A stretch of DNA of 64,000 nucleotides from an uncultured Chloroflexia bacterium. GTDB lineage: Bacteria > Chloroflexota > Limnocylindria > Limnocylindrales > CSP1-4. The stretch lies in contig CAVPPB010000003.1 in NCBI GenBank assembly GCA_963707215.1, positions 1,216,001-1,280,000 of the forward strand, read 5' to 3'. A program made the translations under genes and the position numbers. Of the stretch, positions 50,425 to 59,546 are shown piece by piece (position 1 is the first letter of the stretch; each line of letters opens with the position of its first letter). Under the pieces are notes generated by a model. It saw only the letters and a list, made by a program, of their open reading frames with translations. It ran no database searches and was not told the DNA's origin.

Positions 50425-52014
50425 TCAGCTCACGGTGACCGTGATGCGGTGATGGCCGCGAGCGCCATCCGGCGCTGGCTCCGTGCGCTCGTCGGTCTGG
50501 ACCTCGCCGGTGCCGTCCGTTGCGCGGACCTCGATCGAGTGGCTGCCCGAGGTCGCGGTCCACGCATACGTCCACTGGACCCAGGTCGTCTCGGAGAGCG
50601 GCCGGGAGATGGTTGCGGGCTGCCAGGCGCCGCCATCGATGCGGACCTCGACCGCGGAGATCCCCCGGTCGGGCGCCCAGGCCACGCCCGCGACGTCGAC
50701 CGGGCCAGCGGAGGGCCGATCCCCCCGGCCCGGGACGTCGATCCGTGACTGGGTGAGGATCGGGGCGTCCTTGGCCCAGCCGAGCGGGACCCAGTAGCCG
50801 TCCACGGCCTCGCGCGTCGTCAGCTCGATCGCCGCGAGCCACTTGGTGGCCGAGACGTAGCCGTACAGGCCCGGCACGATGAGCCGGGCCGGGAAGCCGT
50901 GGGCAGCGGGCAGCGGCTCGCGGTTCATGCCCACGGCGATGAGCGGCTCGCGCTCCGGCGCCGTGGCCCAGGACGTCGGGAAGCCCGCGGTGAAGCCATC
51001 CACGGATCGTCCGATGATCTGCGTCGCGCCCGGCTGGACGCCGGCGGCTTCGAGGACGTCCTTGAGCCGCACCCCCGTCCAGAGGGCGTTGCCCACGAGG
51101 TCGCCGCCGACCCGGTTGCTGACGCAGGCGATGGTCACGTACTGCTCGTAGAGCGGCATCGCGAGCAGCTCGTCGTAGGAGAACGAGCCCGGACGGTCGA
51201 CCATGCCGGTCACCTCGAGCCGCCAGGTCTCCGGGTCCACCGACGGGACCAGGAGCGCGGTGTCGATCCGGTAGAAGTCCTCGTTCGAGGTGACGAGCGG
51301 CGACAGCCCCGGGACCTGGAGCGACTGATCGGCGGCCGGGGGAGCGGTGGACCGGAACGGTGCCGGGAGGCCCGACGAGATGACGACGTCGTCGGTGTGC
51401 TGCTGCTCGAGCGACCAGCGACCGAGGGCGCCGGCCGCGACCACCCCACCGAGGGTGCCCGCGCTCGCGATGAGGAAGCGACGCCGGGCCCAGGCATCGG
51501 CGTCCCCGTCGCGCGCCACGCCCGCCGCCGCCGGCGCCCGGTGCGGCGCGATGCGCAGGAGGAGCCCGAGGGCGGTGACGCCCGCCGCCACCGAGACGCC
51601 CGCGCTCATCAGTGCCAGGGCGGGGGACACGACCGGGCTGCGGCCGGCCGCCACCGCCGCGACGACGCCGAAGGCGAGGAAGACGGACCCGCCGACCCAG
51701 AAACGTCGGGCCGCCACCACGCCCGCTCCCGCCGCGATGAGCAGGGCGACGACGACGATCGCCACGTTGAGCGCCAGCTTGTCGTTCGTGCCGAACAGCG
51801 AGACCACGAAGTCCTTGGCGCCCGGCGGCTGGAGGGCGATGACGAGATCGCCGATGCCGATGACCAGGGACGGCCAGCCATCGACCAGGGCGGCCAGGAG
51901 CTCGCTGGCCGCGATCGCGACCCCGGCCGCCAGCATCCCGGCGATCGCAGCGGCCCAAGGAGCGATCCCGTCACGCGTCGGTGTGTCCACGGGCTGACCC
52001 TGCCGTCCGTCCAT
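50425..52014 (-). CDS. Membrane-bound sulfite-oxidase-family molybdopterin oxidoreductase
   Basis: FYRIDTAL, TIACVSN, NALWTGV, HGFPARLIVPGLYGYVSATKW and C-terminal Ig-like domain. Confidence 0.92.
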   Translation of the reverse strand: MDGRQGQPVDTPTRDGIAPWAAAIAGMLAAGVAIAASELLAALVDGWPSLVIGIGDLVIALQPPGAKDFVVSLFGTNDKLALNVAIVVVALLIAAGAGVVAARRFWVGGSVFLAFGVVAAVAAGRSPVVSPALALMSAGVSVAAGVTALGLLLRIAPHRAPAAAGVARDGDADAWARRRFLIASAGTLGGVVAAGALGRWSLEQQHTDDVVISSGLPAPFRSTAPPAADQSLQVPGLSPLVTSNEDFYRIDTALLVPSVDPETWRLEVTGMVDRPGSFSYDELLAMPLYEQYVTIACVSNRVGGDLVGNALWTGVRLKDVLEAAGVQPGATQIIGRSVDGFTAGFPTSWATAPEREPLIAVGMNREPLPAAHGFPARLIVPGLYGYVSATKWLAAIELTTREAVDGYWVPLGWAKDAPILTQSRIDVPGRGDRPSAGPVDVAGVAWAPDRGISAVEVRIDGGAWQPATISRPLSETTWVQWTYAWTATSGSHSIEVRATDGTGEVQTDERTEPAPDGARGHHRITVTVS

Positions 52015-52104
52015 GAAGGGATGATGACGGAGCGCCGTCCGGTCTGGCCCGGCACCCGGACCGACCGAGCATACTGGTCGTCCGAGTACGAAGGTGGAGG
52101 GTGC

Positions 52105-52197
52105 GTGCACAGAGCCGAGCGACACGGGTCAACGACCGCGGCCGATCCATCCGCTGGCGAGCCCTATCTGCTGCTCGCCGACATCTCCGGCTACTAA
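52105..52197 (+). pseudogene. N-terminal stub of a DUF2652-like protein, cut next to the att junction
   Basis: RBS + GTG and YLLLADISGY, then a stop. Confidence 0.55.
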
Positions 52198-52221
52198 CGC
52201 GGGCCTGGCGTTTAGTACATG

Positions 52222-52237
52222 TGGTCGGGGCGAGAGG
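52222..52237 (-). mobile_element. att core: exact copy of the last 16 nt of tRNA-Pro
   Basis: tggtcggggcgagagg is identical to 63714-63729. Confidence 0.8.
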
Positions 52238-52317
52238 CATAGCCCCGCGACCACCGACCTTCCGATCACGATGCGCCTCGCCGAGCCACCGGAACCATTC
52301 GACTGGCTGCGGAGCGC

Positions 52318-52566
52318 ATGACGCGCCGGCTGCCTCGCCACGCCGGCGAACGCGCCACCGACCGTGAGGTCGTGGTCGTCGCCGCGGTCCTGGAGGCGGG
52401 TTCAGAGAAGGCGGCCGCGCACCGCCTCGGCCTGTCGCACTCGACCGTCAAGCACCACCTCGCGAACGCGCGGTCCAAGGTGGGGGCCGAGACGACGGCG
52501 CAGCTGGTGTGGATCCTGGCGGAGCGCCTCCCCGAGCCGCAGGGCCCCGAACGCGGGAACGAGTAG
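52318..52566 (+). CDS. Small LuxR/GerE-like HTH protein (repeated module, copy 1)
   Basis: TDREVVVVAAVLEAGSEKAAAHRLGLSHSTVKHHLANARSKVG; ATGA overlap with the upstream tail ORF. Confidence 0.85.
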   Translation: MTRRLPRHAGERATDREVVVVAAVLEAGSEKAAAHRLGLSHSTVKHHLANARSKVGAETTAQLVWILAERLPEPQGPERGNE

Positions 52567-52620
52567 CGGCGAACCCTTGGCGCTCATCGAGGCCGAAGCC
52601 CGGGACGATGCCCGCCTTGT

Positions 52621-54615
52621 TCAGCCGCCCGCACTGTCTCCGAGGGGCTCCTGGGCGAACGGGTCCTGTGCCGACCCCGCGGTCGGGGCCGCCGTCCCGG
52701 GCAGGATCTCGAACGTGGGCTCGAAGTGCACGAGCAGTCCCGCCAGCCGCATGAGAACGGCCGGGTCGCCTTCGAGCTTCACCGTTCCCTCGGCGACCTG
52801 CTGCTGGAGGGGGGCGGTGCCGAGCATCGCGCGCTCCATATCCGACCGGTTGACGGTCATCGTGAGGTCGGCGCGCTCGGCGAGGAACCCCTCGAGGCTG
52901 GTGAGCGTGCCGTTGCTGAGCTCGACGACGAACTTCTCGCCGTTGTCCGGGGTGACGAGGTTCACGGTGAACGACTCGGCCTGCGCCTTCTGGGGGTCGA
53001 GGCGGACGCCGAGGAGGTCGAGGAACTGACCGGTCGTCACCGCGCGCAGGATGTCGGGGCCCGTGCTCTTCGGGATGGCGGCCGAGGACATGCCCGAGCG
53101 CAGCTCGAGCGCCGCCGCGAGGAAGCTGTTCCGGACGCTCGGGCTCTCCTGCTGGTAGCCGATCTGCTCGAACGCGTCGGCGAGCAGGCGCTTCGCGTCG
53201 GCGTTCCCGGGTTCCGCGTGCACGAGCTTGTCGAGGATCTCGGTCGCGAGCCGGTACTTGCCCTCGCCGACGAGCGCCCGGCCGCGGGCGAGGATCGCGT
53301 CGGCGCCGCCCATCATCTCGACGTACAGGGGGGCGGAGTCGCGCGGCGAGAGCGGGATGAGCGTCGTCGGGTTGCCGTCCCAATAGCCCAGGTACCGGTT
53401 GATGACGGCGCGCGCGTTGTGCTCGACCGAGCCGTGGTAGCTCCGCGCCGCCCACTGCTGCCGGAGGCTGCGCGGCGGCCGGTAGACGTTGTGGATCTCG
53501 TTGATGGTCACGCCGAGGTTGGCGTGGTGGAGCACCGCGTTGTTGAGGTGGGCGTACGCGTCGCGCTGCGTGCGCATCACCTCCTGAATGCGGTCGTTGC
53601 CCCAGCGCGGCCAGGAGTGCGAGGCGAACATCACCTCTGCCTCCCGGCCGAAGAGGTACAGCGCCCTGTTGATCTGGCGGGACCACTCGAGGGCGTCGCG
53701 GACGAGCGCGCCCCGCAGGGTGTAGATGTTGTGGACGGTCGCCACGATGTTCTCGGCCGCCCAGAACACCTTCCAGTCCGGGAACCACGTGTTCATCTCG
53801 GCGGGCGCCTCGGTGCCCGGCGTGTTCTGGAAGACCATCCGGACGCCGTCGACCGTGAGCTCCTCGACGTCGTCGCGGATGTAGATCGTCGGCGCGATCA
53901 GCCCCGGCGTCCCGACCGCGACGCCCTTGCCGATGGCCTGGTCCACGTGCCCGTACGGGCTCCGGTCGAGCTGCGTGCCGTACTGGTAGGCCATGCGACG
54001 GTTCATCGCGTTGCCGGCGTACACGTTCTCGGCGATCGCGTGCTCCATGAAGCCGACCGGCGCGATCACCTGCACGGCCCCGCTGCGCACGTCGGCCTCG
54101 TCCACGACGCCGCGCACGCCTCCCCAGTGGTCGCCGTGGGAGTGCGAGTAGACGACCGCCACGACCGGCCGCTCGCCCAGGTGCTTCGTCACGAGCTCGA
54201 GCGCGGCGGCAGCCGTCTCGGTCATCGTAAGAGGGTCGAAGACGATCCAGCCCGTGTCGGACCTGACGAAGCTGATGTTCGCGAGGTCGAAGCCGCGGAC
54301 CTGGTAGATCCGGCCCGGGACCACCTCGTACAGCCCGTACTCCATGTTGAGGACGGCCTGCCGCTGCAGGGACGGGTGGATGCTGTCGAAGTCCCGGCCG
54401 TCGAGCAGGAAGTCGTAGCTCCCGATGTTCCACGCGACGCCGCCGTTCGACGCCATGATCTGCCGGTACTCCGGCACCGCCAGCCGGCCGCGCCGCGCCT
54501 CCTCGAAGTCCCGCTCGTCGCTGAACGGGAGCGCGGCGCGGGCCGCCCCCTGGGCCGCGACAGTGGCGGGGGACGGCTGCCTGCCCAGCGGGTGGAAGTG
54601 AGCGGCGTCGGACAC
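52621..54615 (-). CDS. Alkyl sulfatase (SdsA1/YjcS-like MBL fold with dimerisation and SCP2 domains)
   Basis: IHPSLQRQA, QVRGFDLAN, YSHSHGDHWGG, HNIYTLRGA and YLGYWDGNP. Confidence 0.93.
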   Translation of the reverse strand: MSDAAHFHPLGRQPSPATVAAQGAARAALPFSDERDFEEARRGRLAVPEYRQIMASNGGVAWNIGSYDFLLDGRDFDSIHPSLQRQAVLNMEYGLYEVVPGRIYQVRGFDLANISFVRSDTGWIVFDPLTMTETAAAALELVTKHLGERPVVAVVYSHSHGDHWGGVRGVVDEADVRSGAVQVIAPVGFMEHAIAENVYAGNAMNRRMAYQYGTQLDRSPYGHVDQAIGKGVAVGTPGLIAPTIYIRDDVEELTVDGVRMVFQNTPGTEAPAEMNTWFPDWKVFWAAENIVATVHNIYTLRGALVRDALEWSRQINRALYLFGREAEVMFASHSWPRWGNDRIQEVMRTQRDAYAHLNNAVLHHANLGVTINEIHNVYRPPRSLRQQWAARSYHGSVEHNARAVINRYLGYWDGNPTTLIPLSPRDSAPLYVEMMGGADAILARGRALVGEGKYRLATEILDKLVHAEPGNADAKRLLADAFEQIGYQQESPSVRNSFLAAALELRSGMSSAAIPKSTGPDILRAVTTGQFLDLLGVRLDPQKAQAESFTVNLVTPDNGEKFVVELSNGTLTSLEGFLAERADLTMTVNRSDMERAMLGTAPLQQQVAEGTVKLEGDPAVLMRLAGLLVHFEPTFEILPGTAAPTAGSAQDPFAQEPLGDSAGG

Positions 54616-54893
54616 GGAATGCCCCTCTCCGGTTCTTGCGCATGCGAGTCAATGGCTGTGTTCCGAGAGTATCCGTTCCCGAGAGGTGGTCCGTCCGGCG
54701 GGCGCCGCGGCCAGGCGACTCAGGAGGGGGACGTCGGCTCCGCGACAGCCACGACCATGGCCCAATCGGCCAACTAGTCGTCGGAGTCGACCGCCGCCAC
54801 CCTTGAGGGCATGACGGCGCGCTGGTCCGATCCAGGTCGACTCCCGGTTCCCCCCACCGGGTACGTCCGCGCCGTCAACTCCTCGGCGGCCCG

Positions 54894-55019
54894 ATGAGCG
54901 GGATCGAGCTCGTCGCCGCGTTCCTCGCCGGGGTCGTCATGGGTGGCGCCCTCGACCGCTTCGTGCTCCCGCTCCTCGTCGATGCCTGGATCGACCGACT
55001 GCGCCGGCATGGGCGATGA
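54894..55019 (+). CDS. 41-aa membrane peptide (not in the ORF track)
   Basis: MSGIELVAAFLAGVVMGGALDRFVLPLLVDAWIDRLRRHGR*, with an ATGA overlap to the next gene. Confidence 0.6.
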   Translation: MSGIELVAAFLAGVVMGGALDRFVLPLLVDAWIDRLRRHGR

Positions 55020-55261
55020 ACGCAGGGACGGCCCGCCAGGTCGACGTGCTCGCCGCGTTCGTCGCGACCGGCTCCGTGGCAGACGCGGCGGCGCGCGTCG
55101 GCGTCCGTCCCGGCACCGCGCAGCGCCACCTCGCCGACCTGCGGGCGCGCTCGGGCCTCACGACCGAGCAGCTGATCTACCGGGGGCGGGCCGAGGGCTG
55201 GCTCGTGGTGCCGGGTCTGGAGCCCTGCTCCGTCACGAGTCCACCGGCTTGCGGCAGCTGA
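55016..55261 (+). CDS. Small LuxR-like HTH protein (divergent paralogue)
   Basis: TARQVDVLAAFVATGSVADAAARVGVRPGTAQRHLADLRARSG. Confidence 0.78.
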   Translation: MNAGTARQVDVLAAFVATGSVADAAARVGVRPGTAQRHLADLRARSGLTTEQLIYRGRAEGWLVVPGLEPCSVTSPPACGS

Positions 55262-55991
55262 CGATCCGGTTGTCCGTCAGGTGCCAGAGGCCCTTCTCAC
55301 GGGGGGCGCCCGCGTAGCGAACGGTCAGGTCCGCGAACCCGGCATCCTCGATCATCCGCCGGAAGTCGGCCTCGGTCCAGTTCCAGCGGTCGCCGGCCGT
55401 CCGCTCACTCAACGGCTTCTTCGGGCCGGAGATGAGCTCGTCCACGTACACGAATCGCCCGCCCGGGCGCAGCACCCGGAACACCTCGGCGGGGTTCGCC
55501 GGCGCCGTGATGGCGGTGACGGCCGAGAACTCGCCGTCGCCGAAAGGCAGCGTGGCGGAGCTCGCCTGGACCAGCTGGGCCGTCCCCGCGGCGATCCGAT
55601 CCGAGAGCCGCCTCTCGGCCTCAGCCAGCATGACCCGCGAGGGATCGAGGCCGACGACCCGGCGCACGTGCGTCGCCTTGGTGGCCAGGAAGGCCCCGGG
55701 GCCACAGCCGATGTCCAGCAGCTCGTCCTCCAGTTGCGGGTCCAGCATCCCGGCGACGACGTCGTACAGGCGCGCATGGCCGATCGGCTGGACCTTCGCG
55801 AACGCCCTGCCGAGCGGCCCGTTGAACCAGAAGCCCTGCGGTCCACCCGGGGCGAACAGTGTGAACTGCACGTCCTCGCCCGACGGGGGCGCCTTGGGTT
55901 CCTGGCCCCGGCGCCGGCCGAGGACGACCGCCCCGGCAGTGACGGCGGCCAGCGTCCCGCCCGCGAGGGCGACCGTGGTGCGGCGGCGCAT
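55233..55991 (-). CDS. Class I SAM-dependent methyltransferase with an N-terminal anchor
   Basis: LLDIGCGPG, LPFGDGEF and EVFRVLRPGG. Confidence 0.9.
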   Translation of the reverse strand: MRRRTTVALAGGTLAAVTAGAVVLGRRRGQEPKAPPSGEDVQFTLFAPGGPQGFWFNGPLGRAFAKVQPIGHARLYDVVAGMLDPQLEDELLDIGCGPGAFLATKATHVRRVVGLDPSRVMLAEAERRLSDRIAAGTAQLVQASSATLPFGDGEFSAVTAITAPANPAEVFRVLRPGGRFVYVDELISGPKKPLSERTAGDRWNWTEADFRRMIEDAGFADLTVRYAGAPREKGLWHLTDNRIVSCRKPVDS

Positions 55992-56058
55992 GGCGCGAAC
56001 CTCCTCGTTGCAGCTTCGGTCGCACGGAAGGTCGTCACTTCCGGCGGTGGCGATCCGG

Positions 56059-56889
56059 TCAGACGTGCAGGAACTCCGGCTCGACCTGAGCAGGCTGCCC
56101 TCGGCTCACCCGGAAGTCACAACGCTGCCCCCCATGGGCGATGGTCTCGGTGCGGTCGAGCCGCAGGTGCATCGCTGCGAACTGGGGATAGTCGATCCAA
56201 CAGAGGTACTGGGCGAGCTCGGGGGCGCCTTCCCGGTCGAGGTACTTCACGGCCGCGCACTCGGTGCAGTCCAGACCGAACGCGAAGCCCTGTCCGTCGC
56301 CTTCGACGACCTCGTACACCCAGTCCTCCGGGTAGCGGCGTTCCTGGCTGGTGGCAGCAACGTGTCTCCACACGTTCATGCCCTTCTGAGTGAGGAAGAG
56401 TCGGCCCTGCAAGCGCATCCGCCAGCGCGTGGGGGCAGTCTCGAGGAAGCTCACTTCCCCGAGGTGGATGAGACGGGCGGCCTCCTCGACCGATGCCCCA
56501 CGCGCCCGGAGCGCCTGGTACATCGCCAGCTTGGTAGCGACCTTACAGAGGACCTTCGTGAATGGGTTCTCGCCACCACCGATGTACGGGATGTCCGGCA
56601 GCAGGGCCTCGAAGCGCTGGATCGCGTCCTTGACGATCGCCTCCCCCTCCTCCTTGCCGTAGGCCGCGGCGAGGGGCTTCCTGAATGGCCGGAGGAAGGA
56701 CCGCACCTGCCGCATGATCTTGGGCTTGTGCTCGAGGTACCAGTTCTCGGCTTCCATGGTCCGACCCTCCAGGTTCGACGCATCGTGCTCCGGTCGGTCG
56801 TTGCGGAGGCGGCCGCCAACGATGGCGCCACCTGTGGCGGCGACCACAGCGCCGCCGGCGACAAGGGCGAGCGTGGTGCTGCGGCGCAT
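56059..56889 (-). CDS. L-2-amino-thiazoline-4-carboxylic acid hydrolase-like (ATC_hydrolase) protein
   Basis: LPDIPYIGG, DCTECA, LCWIDY and LDRTETIAHGGQRCDF. Confidence 0.82.
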   Translation of the reverse strand: MRRSTTLALVAGGAVVAATGGAIVGGRLRNDRPEHDASNLEGRTMEAENWYLEHKPKIMRQVRSFLRPFRKPLAAAYGKEEGEAIVKDAIQRFEALLPDIPYIGGGENPFTKVLCKVATKLAMYQALRARGASVEEAARLIHLGEVSFLETAPTRWRMRLQGRLFLTQKGMNVWRHVAATSQERRYPEDWVYEVVEGDGQGFAFGLDCTECAAVKYLDREGAPELAQYLCWIDYPQFAAMHLRLDRTETIAHGGQRCDFRVSRGQPAQVEPEFLHV

Positions 56890-56914
56890 ACCGAACCTCC
56901 CTGGGATGCGACCA

Positions 56915-56987
56915 GCGGGTCGGTCTCGCCAGTGGCTCGGCGCGGTCCCGGCGGCCGGTGCTTGGGCCGCGCGTCGAAGCCTCCCGC
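56915..56987 (-). ncRNA. c-di-GMP-II (GAG variant)-like riboswitch
   Basis: Same architecture as 49468-49544 with compensatory changes; upstream of a GGGAGG RBS. Confidence 0.75.
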
Positions 56988-57053
56988 GTAGTGGCGGTGA
57001 GTCTGGCCGGGCCGACGCCGACTGCCTAGAGGCTTTTGGCGCGAACGGGATGA

Positions 57054-57524
57054 TCAGGACGAGGCCGCGGCCCGATGCTCGGGACTCGACGCCGGTCGCT
57101 GGTCTCCGAGGCCCTGCTCTGCTGGCCTGGGCCACTTCCAGGCATGCCACACGATCAAGAGCCCGGCGATGATCATCGTGACCATGATCAGGAGCCCGAT
57201 CTCCAGCTCTCTGCCTGCGTGGTCAGCCACGTCCCAGGTAAACACCACGGTAGCGACCACGCCCAGGATGGCATTCGCATAGCGGTTGACTGGATCCCTC
57301 AGGACCAGCGTGAGGAAGGCCATCGCCAGGGGCAGGAGCGTGAAGAGCATGAGCATCGAGGTCAGCATGATCGCGTCGATCTTCTCGCCCTCGAACTCCC
57401 CTGTGGCGATGTATGCACTGAGAACGTCCGGCAGCAAGACGGCCGCGAGGATGGCTGCCAACTGACCGACGCCGAGGAAGATCCAGAGCGTCGATACCCG
57501 CAATTTCCAGGCGAGGAGCTCCAC
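57054..57524 (-). CDS. DUF6326-like membrane protein
   Basis: KLRVSTLWIF, MAFLTLVL..VNRYAN and IVWHAWKWP. Confidence 0.75.
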   Translation of the reverse strand: MELLAWKLRVSTLWIFLGVGQLAAILAAVLLPDVLSAYIATGEFEGEKIDAIMLTSMLMLFTLLPLAMAFLTLVLRDPVNRYANAILGVVATVVFTWDVADHAGRELEIGLLIMVTMIIAGLLIVWHAWKWPRPAEQGLGDQRPASSPEHRAAASS

Positions 57525-57552
57525 GCGATCCTCCTTGGGACGCCCTGCGCGA

Positions 57553-57625
57553 GCGGGTCGGTCTCGCCAGTGGCTCGGCGCGGTCCCGGCGGCCGGTGCA
57601 TGGGCCGCGCGTCGACGCCTCCCGC
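57553..57625 (-). ncRNA. c-di-GMP-II (GAG variant)-like riboswitch
   Basis: Nearly identical to 56915-56987; upstream of an AGGAGG RBS. Confidence 0.75.
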
Positions 57626-57769
57626 CGACCGCCTAGCGTAGGCGGCGGTCAGGCAGATTGGCGAGAGGCGAGCGGCCCCCGGTCGCCCGGTGCGCTCCGC
57701 GGCTTGGCCCCGCAAGCGTAGCACCGCAGGCGAATAGACCGCACCAGCCGTCCACCCGACGATTCGCGG

Positions 57770-57905
57770 GTGAAGCTGTGCACGGTCTGCGCTGTCGTCA
57801 CCAGCCGCGCGGGTAGTCGCTGCACCGCGCACGCCCGGCAGTCCAGCCGTAGCCGGCACAACGCCCTCTACAGCACGCGGGCCTGGCAGCGGCTCAGTGC
57901 CCGAA
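57770..57905 (+). pseudogene. N-terminal fragment of a phage-type HNH endonuclease
   Basis: KLCTVCAV..GSRCTAH..RHNALYSTRAWQRLSAR; truncated before the HNH core. Confidence 0.6.
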
Positions 57906-57949
57906 CACCGACACTCCCGAGCCGCGTCGGTTCAGCAGCATCGGTCACG

Positions 57950-58564
57950 CTACGGGCAGGTGACCTCGAACGAGCCGGCGACGCCGGACCATTCCCGACC
58001 GAAGTTGATCGCCTGGACGTCAACGAACGTCCCCGTCCCGGTCGCGGTCACCGGCCGGCCCTCGGGAACGTTGTAGTCGAGTTGCGTGGAGCCGTCGGGG
58101 ATCGAAGTCACGACCGGCGGGTCGTCACCCGCGAACCACACCTGCTCGTCCAACCCCGAACCGAGCGAGACTTGAACACTCGGCGGGCTGAAGACGTCGC
58201 CCTGCGCTTCCCAGCCGGGCGGCGGGAGCACGATCACGACCTCGGGGTCAGCACCGTAGTTGCCTGCCTGGATGTACCCGGCGGTGAAGATGTCACACCG
58301 GATGTCGCTGAACTCGTACCGCTCGGTGCCGATCGTGACGACAGCGGTGTTCTGCTGACCACCGCCCGGGTTCGGAGCCGCGGTGGACGGCGCATCGGTG
58401 GACGGAGCATCTGCCGTTGGGATCGCGGGGCTCTCCGAGGAGAGTGGCGCAGAGCTCGCATCTTCCGTCGCCGGGGCATCCGAAGCCGGACCGCCGCACG
58501 CGGCCAGACCGATCGCCAACACGGCCGTAAGCGCGGCCATCCGCGTCATTCTCAACTGGCTCAT
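57950..58564 (-). CDS. Hypothetical lipoprotein
   Basis: GLAAC lipobox, low-complexity linker and GGAGG RBS. Confidence 0.8.
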   Translation of the reverse strand: MSQLRMTRMAALTAVLAIGLAACGGPASDAPATEDASSAPLSSESPAIPTADAPSTDAPSTAAPNPGGGQQNTAVVTIGTERYEFSDIRCDIFTAGYIQAGNYGADPEVVIVLPPPGWEAQGDVFSPPSVQVSLGSGLDEQVWFAGDDPPVVTSIPDGSTQLDYNVPEGRPVTATGTGTFVDVQAINFGREWSGVAGSFEVTCP

Positions 58565-58802
58565 GTGCTGCCTCCAGGGCCGACCACAGAGCTGCCAGGT
58601 CTTGACGACTCGCTTGCTGGCCGATGGACAAGGGTATACGCACTGTCGATTCAGCGAGCTGGAAGCGCCGGCGCTCCTCGTGTGGACGGGAGCGCCGAAT
58701 AGGCGACTCCTCGGTCCTGACCCATGACCTCGATGCGGATCCGCTTGTTGATCCGGCCCCTGTGCCACTCCTGCAACTCGACCAAGGGCGCGTCGACCGA
58801 CC

Positions 58803-59072
58803 GGGCTGCAGCGGCCGTCGTGCGGCCATCACGCATCCCGACCGCTGCCGAGGCGCGCGCCTACCTCGAGTCGCTACCGGAGCTGTGGGCCAAGACCTCG
58901 GACGCCGGGGCGGCACGCGATCGCCGAGGCCGTGTTCGAACGGATCGATGTCCTGGGGGCGAAGGACTTCACGTTCGCGCTGACCGCCCAAGCGAGGGCC
59001 CGCGGATGGGACGTGGCCTTCGGGCCTGGCGTCGTCCGCGTGAAAGAAGGTCAGTCTGGTCAGGGCGAGAGG
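58803..59072 (+). pseudogene. 3' remnant of a large serine recombinase-like gene running into the tRNA-Pro att core (59057-59072)
   Basis: AEARAYLESLPELWAKTSDAG/RHAIAEAVFERIDVLG..F.LT resembles C-terminal tails of large serine recombinases; ends GQGER on the att core. Confidence 0.6.
59022..59072. repeat. ~50-bp direct repeat with 63679-63729 (recombinase end plus tRNA-Pro 3' end)
   Basis: ggcgtcgtccgcgtgaaagaaggtc(g)agtctggtc(a/g)gggcgagagg occurs at both sites. Confidence 0.85.
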
Positions 59073-59168
59073 GATCGCCCCGCCCCAAACTCAGCGATCG
59101 CTCAGCTTCCTGATGGTCAACGCCACCCCGCGGGAGCCGCCGTTGCCCCTCGAGCTGGTCCGCGGCGC

Positions 59169-59414
59169 ATGACGCGTCGGTTGTCCCGCTCCGCCGGACG
59201 CGCCACGGACCGAGAGGTCCTGGTCGTGGCGGCCGTCCTCGATGCCGGCTCGGAGAAGGCGGCCGCCCACCGCCTGGGCCTGTCGCACTCGACCGTGAAG
59301 CACCACCTGGCAAACGCGCGGTCCAAGGTGGGCGCCGAGACGACGGCGCAGCTGGTGTGGATCCTCGGCCCGCGGTTGCCGGGGCCCAAGGGCGTGGCGC
59401 AGACGGACGAGTAG
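59169..59414 (+). CDS. Small LuxR/GerE-like HTH protein (copy 2)
   Basis: Near-identical to 52318-52566. Confidence 0.85.
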   Translation: MTRRLSRSAGRATDREVLVVAAVLDAGSEKAAAHRLGLSHSTVKHHLANARSKVGAETTAQLVWILGPRLPGPKGVAQTDE

Positions 59415-59546
59415 CACCGGAGGCCAGCGCGACACGTGTTGGGGCCTGAGGGGAAATGGCCCTCAACTTCGAGGACGAGACCGCCGGCACCACACGAGTC
59501 GCGCTGGCGACTCCACGCCCGTGCTCCAACGCTCAGGAGGTCGGGG

